Part shown: one piece after another, positions 59,660 to 64,000 of the stretch
How positions within the stretch are numbered: the stretch's first letter is position 1
Layout: each line of letters starts with the position of its first letter
From: an uncultured Verrucomicrobiae bacterium
Lineage (GTDB): Bacteria > Verrucomicrobiota > Verrucomicrobiia > Limisphaerales > UBA11358
Length of the DNA: 64,000 nt
Assembly (NCBI GenBank): GCA_963762585.1
Contig: CAVXLF010000023.1
Location: 219,515 to 283,514, forward strand
Direction of reading: 5' to 3'
Translations under genes and position numbers: made by a program
The notes under the pieces: model-generated
Database searches by the model: none
What the model was told of the DNA's origin: nothing
What the model saw: the letters and a program-made list of their open reading frames with translations, nothing else

Positions 59660-59713
59660 TTGGCATCCGATTGCCAATAAAGTGTTGACAGAACCATCCC
59701 AAAACGATACAAC
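59660..59713 (+). promoter_or_regulatory. Palindrome plus sigma70-like promoter upstream of the PEP-CTERM gene
   Basis: TTGGCA-N6-TGCCAA (59660-59677) then TTGACA-17 nt-TACAAC. Confidence 0.4.
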
Positions 59714-59905
59714 ATCGCTGTAGATTGGAAATTGCCGAAAATTCATGAGTTGCACTCATGGTTCTTGTGGATTTGGGGTCTCGAGAGAGAGTGGCGTTGC
59801 GGATTTAATATTCAATTCAGAATCAAGTGGCCGAAGTTTGCGGTCGGAAACAAAAGTTTGTTACTATTAAATAGTTAATTGAAAAGTCATCAGAACAAAA
59901 GTTTT

Positions 59906-60598
59906 ATGAAAACCCTGAAAATTATTACCCTGATGAGTGTGTTATCGGTGGGGGCAATCTTACGATCCGCAGCAAACACGGACATAATTTTTCCAAGCAG
60001 CCCGGCTCCTTTGCCCGACTTGACCGGCAGCTATATGGATTCGGGTTATGATGCGGGCAGCGGTGCTTTTCTGGTGACTGGATGGACTACGGATTATAAT
60101 ATCTCTGATGGTCATGGCGGGGCAACCGACGTTGGAGTTTCAGTCCTCGACGCTTATACTTTATCAGCGACAATCAACAACTCAGGAGTGCTGACAGGTG
60201 GAACAATAACAATTGACGGTGCCGTCGGTAATGGGAATACAAGTGTAACGCTGCTGACCGCTAATTTGGTCACGGGAGCGGCGGGGACGGCCTTTGGCTA
60301 TGGCGATGGCGGCAACAACCTGTTTCAATTTCGCTTCAATGTTACCGGTGGCACTCTGGCAAGCGCTTTTGGCGGAACTGGCGCCGCGGGCGGGGTCATT
60401 TTGGATGCGTGGTTTGATCCTACGGGCGACAATCCTTTCACCGGTTCATGGGCGGGCAGCTTTGACAGCCACGGCAGTCAGGTGGGTGCCATAGACTGCT
60501 TTGCTGTTCCCGAACCCTCGTCCGGTCTGCTGTTATCCGTTGGTGGCGCTTTGTTAATGGGCGCGTATCGTTGTCGGCGAAACACTTTGAGTGTTTGA
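59906..60598 (+). CDS. PEP-CTERM sorting domain protein
   Basis: Signal peptide; C-terminal VPEPSS + TM helix + basic RCRR. Confidence 0.92.
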   Translation: MKTLKIITLMSVLSVGAILRSAANTDIIFPSSPAPLPDLTGSYMDSGYDAGSGAFLVTGWTTDYNISDGHGGATDVGVSVLDAYTLSATINNSGVLTGGTITIDGAVGNGNTSVTLLTANLVTGAAGTAFGYGDGGNNLFQFRFNVTGGTLASAFGGTGAAGGVILDAWFDPTGDNPFTGSWAGSFDSHGSQVGAIDCFAVPEPSSGLLLSVGGALLMGAYRCRRNTLSV

Positions 60599-60720
60599 TT
60601 AAGACGCAACCGAGAATGCTCCCTTCGTTGGCAGTTCTCAGAGATTCAGAGATTCATGTTAAACTTTGAAAATTGAATGGCATGATAAGCTGAACGTATC
60701 AGTTCAAAAAGGAATCCATT

Positions 60721-63330
60721 ATGAAAAAGCAGATTACGTTGGTCATGTTGGCGGTTGTGGCGGTGGTCACACCGTCGTTTGCCAGCCTTTTAAACGTCAG
60801 TTTGACTTACCCGGAGATGAGTGCCAATAGCGCGAGCGCGTTTGCTCTAAATTACACCCCCACCAATCATCTCTTGTCCATCAGCGCTGCGCCCACCACG
60901 GTGCTGTTCGCCAGGGGGACGGCCCCCAAATTGATCAGCGGCACGAAAAATCTTCAGATCCAGATGGCCGTGGACAACACCGGGGCACTGATTGGCAGCG
61001 CACCCGGGGACGGGGGCAATGATTTGGCTTTGTCCGGAACGGTAACGGCAGTTATCGGTGGGATAACCAACACCTACTCGGGCGTTTTGCTGACCGGCCA
61101 AGTGATTGGGTTCGGTTATCTGGCGGGCTCGTCGGCCCAATATGATCTCCGCTTCACGCCCAATGGCGGGCCGCTGGCCAGCTTGTTCTGCGGGAACATC
61201 AGTGTTCAAATCGTGAGCGGGGCGTCCACCTTCAACAATAATTTTACGACCAATTTCAACGGCCAGGCCAAAATTACTCTTGGATCCGAAGACACCACGC
61301 CTCCGACGATCGTTTGTCCGTCCGACATTACGGCCCAATGCCATTACACCAACGGATTGGCCGGGGCGTATGTCAATTATCCCCCGCCCGTGGTTGCGGA
61401 CAATTGCGATCCGAATCCGACGGTGGTTTGCACTCCGCCTTCGGGCAGTTTCTTTCCCTGCCGGCGCCGCCGGCCAATTCGACCAATTATATTGTGACCT
61501 GCGTGGCGACCGATGCCTCGGGCAACACGAATGTATGCAGCTTTAACATCACGGTTCAGGACACCATGCCGCCCCAATTTGCGGATACGAATAATCCGGT
61601 GCTCCAGTGCGGGGCAGGTGGTCCAATCATTCTGACCAACGATCCAGGTGAGTGCTATGCGACCTTCGCGTTCCCGATCCCGACGGCCACTGATTGCTGT
61701 GGCGGCACTGACACGGTGAATGTGAGTGCCGTTGACGAGAATGGCGCCACCATCACACTTAACAATTTGGGCAATGGCATGTTGCAAGGCCAATTCCCGG
61801 TGGATACGGCAGGAACGAATCTAATCACCGTCACCGCCGACGACGGGCGGGGCAATCAATCTCAATGTCAAACGCCGGTGCTGGTGCTGGACACCGAACC
61901 GCCCACCCTGTTCTGTAGTGACCAGACTGTCACCTTTAAGCCGATCCTCACCAATGCCCTGAGTTGCATCAGTGCGAACTTTAATAACCTGTGCGTTGCT
62001 TCCAACAACTACATTTGGTTCAGCAGCGTGGTTCAAAATCCTTCATGCTATGGCAAAGGTTCGTTTACGGTGCATGTGTTTGACCAGACCATTCAACTTG
62101 CGGTGGACAACACCAATATCACCCTGAATGTGCCGGATGCCTATGTGACCTTCTCCAACGGCGTGGCCACCGCGACCACGACGTTTACGAACGGACAATG
62201 GATCACGGTATCCAAGCCTGGTCTTTGTGGAAATACCTTCCTGTCCGGGCTGGCCTGGCAGGTTCCCTTCAATTTGAACAACAATAACAACCGAACTTTC
62301 GGCCATTGCTGGGGCAAGGACTCGGGTAATCCGTGCAACAGCCGTTGCCAGGTCGCGTCGGCAACGTGGTGCGCACGATTCGCGATTGATACGCCCGGGG
62401 TCGCAGTTCAGTGGCAGTGGGGAGCGGCTGTGGAGAGCGCCCTGACCAACAATTGCAATGCGTTCGGCGTCAAACCGGTGGACGACAACCGCAGCGAGCT
62501 GCTGGAAGAATTCGGATCCGGCCGGTGCTTGCGAGAACTTCAAACCATGCCTGGTCAGTGGCGCCTGTGGCCATGGCTGGTATTTGTGTGGCAGAACGTT
62601 GCAGCCGGATTGCACCGGCGTGTTGAGCGACAGCAAACGCGCCAATCTGGGAATGGGGACGGTTTGCCTCGGTGCGGTTGAGTTTACCCCGCCACTGGCA
62701 GTGGACAATTGCGGCAAATCGGTGCCAGTGGTTTGCACACCGGCACCGGGCACCATATTGGGGCCGGGCGTTTATCCGGTGACCTGTGTGGCCACCGACG
62801 CGAGCGGCAACACCAATCAGTGCACGTTCAATCTCACGGTATTATCGCCGTTGCAGGTGGTGTTTGACTGTCCGATGGATGACAATATTGATGACAACAC
62901 GGCGGAACCGGATGCCGGCTTCAGCGACATGAATTGTCCGGACGATCCTTCCACCACGGAATACATTACGTCGTTCTGCGTGGGCGGCAAAATTATGCAT
63001 TCCGTCCGGCTGCTGGATTGCAACGGCAATGACGTGACCTGCCAGGAGGGTCCGTACGTCACGGTTCATATTGACGTTACAGAACGTCAGGGCACTTACA
63101 GCAGTTCAGTCCTGGTCAACGATTTGTCGCAGAACTATGTTTGCGTGGGCAGCCCGGGGGGGATCATGGTGTTGAACAATGGCGAATTCCAATACAACCT
63201 GAACACCAGCGGTTATCCAGCTGGCACACTGGGCAGCAATCTTTTCTTCCGCTCCTGCGTTTGGGTTGAGTATAACAGCTCGGCCGGAGTGCCGGTGGGC
63301 ATGGAAGATGTCATCCTGGAAAGCAAGTAA
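60721..63330 (+). CDS. Secreted Cys-rich HYR-domain protein, two apparent frameshifts
   Basis: Repeated DTTPPTIVCP..DNC..VVCTP..VTCVATDASGNTN.C.F; frame changes near 61459 and 62492. Confidence 0.75.
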
Positions 63331-63437
63331 TGACCGTAGGCGTTCCGAACCCGAAAGCAAACCGGTTATTGGGTAGAAAGCAACGCCTTGCCGCTGAAGG
63401 TGTCAGAACGGGGTCGGAAGAGCGTTCTGGTGGTAAA

Positions 63438-64000
63438 ATGAGACGGCCAAGTGCAATTTTGTGGTTTGCCGTCGCAGGGGTGGCAGTGTTGATGGTGTAT
63501 CTTCTTCACTTTCACCGCACTGCCGCGCTGGGCTCCCCGCCCGGCGTTCAATCAACCAGCAAAACTGCGGGTGGCAAGATTGTGGTCGGGGAAGCGCCTG
63601 GTCAGGGTGAGGCGCTGGAAGCCTCCAAAGCATATCAGGTGCGTCCCGATCAGGTGCTGGCCAAAGTCAACGGTCGGCCCATCACCCTCTGGGATTTGAT
63701 ACCGCTCCAGTCAACCAATAATGCCGAACAGCAACTGGACCCGGTGACATACAAATATTTTCTTCAGCGCGCCATCAATCGCGAATTGATCATGCAAGCT
63801 GCCGGAGCCCGGGGGATTACCCTGACGGACTCCCAACAGCAACAGTTGGATAAATTCAAATCCGTGCGGGAAGAGCCTGAACCCGGTCTGGTCGGCAAGT
63901 TCACCGTAAATTCGGCAGAGGTTGAATTTGAGCTTCGCGATCAGCAGGCGTTCATGCTCCAAACCTCGCTGATGGCGGCGGCAGGTGTGACCCCGAACGT
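63438..64000 (+). CDS. SurA-N-like membrane-anchored protein (3'-truncated)
   Basis: Open frame to the window end (alternative ATG 63330): TM helix, VLAKVNGRPITL..INRELIMQAA..GITLT. Confidence 0.6.
   Translation, partial: MRRPSAILWFAVAGVAVLMVYLLHFHRTAALGSPPGVQSTSKTAGGKIVVGEAPGQGEALEASKAYQVRPDQVLAKVNGRPITLWDLIPLQSTNNAEQQLDPVTYKYFLQRAINRELIMQAAGARGITLTDSQQQQLDKFKSVREEPEPGLVGKFTVNSAEVEFELRDQQAFMLQTSLMAAAGVTPN

Noticed and set aside
59661-59674. Sigma54 promoter TGGCA...TTGC
   Set aside because: GG-GC spacing is 9 nt rather than the required 10

Overview
About 60% GC (by eye) bacterial chromosome segment, most likely from Verrucomicrobiota (Pedosphaera-like). This is inferred from a PEP-CTERM protein, a Gloeo_Verruco repeat protein, a shared '...F/Y-F/Y-R/Q-L' C-terminal domain and LptD. 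It is mostly core genes: purH, an EPS export operon (beta-barrel-wzc-wza-FHA), polX, thiD, queE, rsmA, clpPX, dnaA, glnB, ileS, tRNA-Leu, uxaEC, hisF, lptD, ribBA/ribH, a heme-copper oxidase operon and tRNA-Arg. Four things stand out. (1) A compact four-gene WXG100 (WxD-variant) + EccC/EssC-like FtsK ATPase locus, i.e. a minimal type VII-like system in a diderm LPS bacterium (52.4-57.3 kb). (2) A cytochrome c-porin-cytochrome c-diheme cytochrome module directly upstream of a cupredoxin-like gene and an A1-type oxidase whose subunit I appears to lack the K-channel lysine (38-50 kb). (3) Pervasive REP-like palindromes and 7/9-nt periodic repeats, several inserted in-frame inside conserved enzymes. 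(4) A low-GC HEPN-motif gene broken by an in-frame TGA. Several single-base frameshifts in the right third are probably assembly errors. All calls come from motif recognition by eye; no database searches were run.
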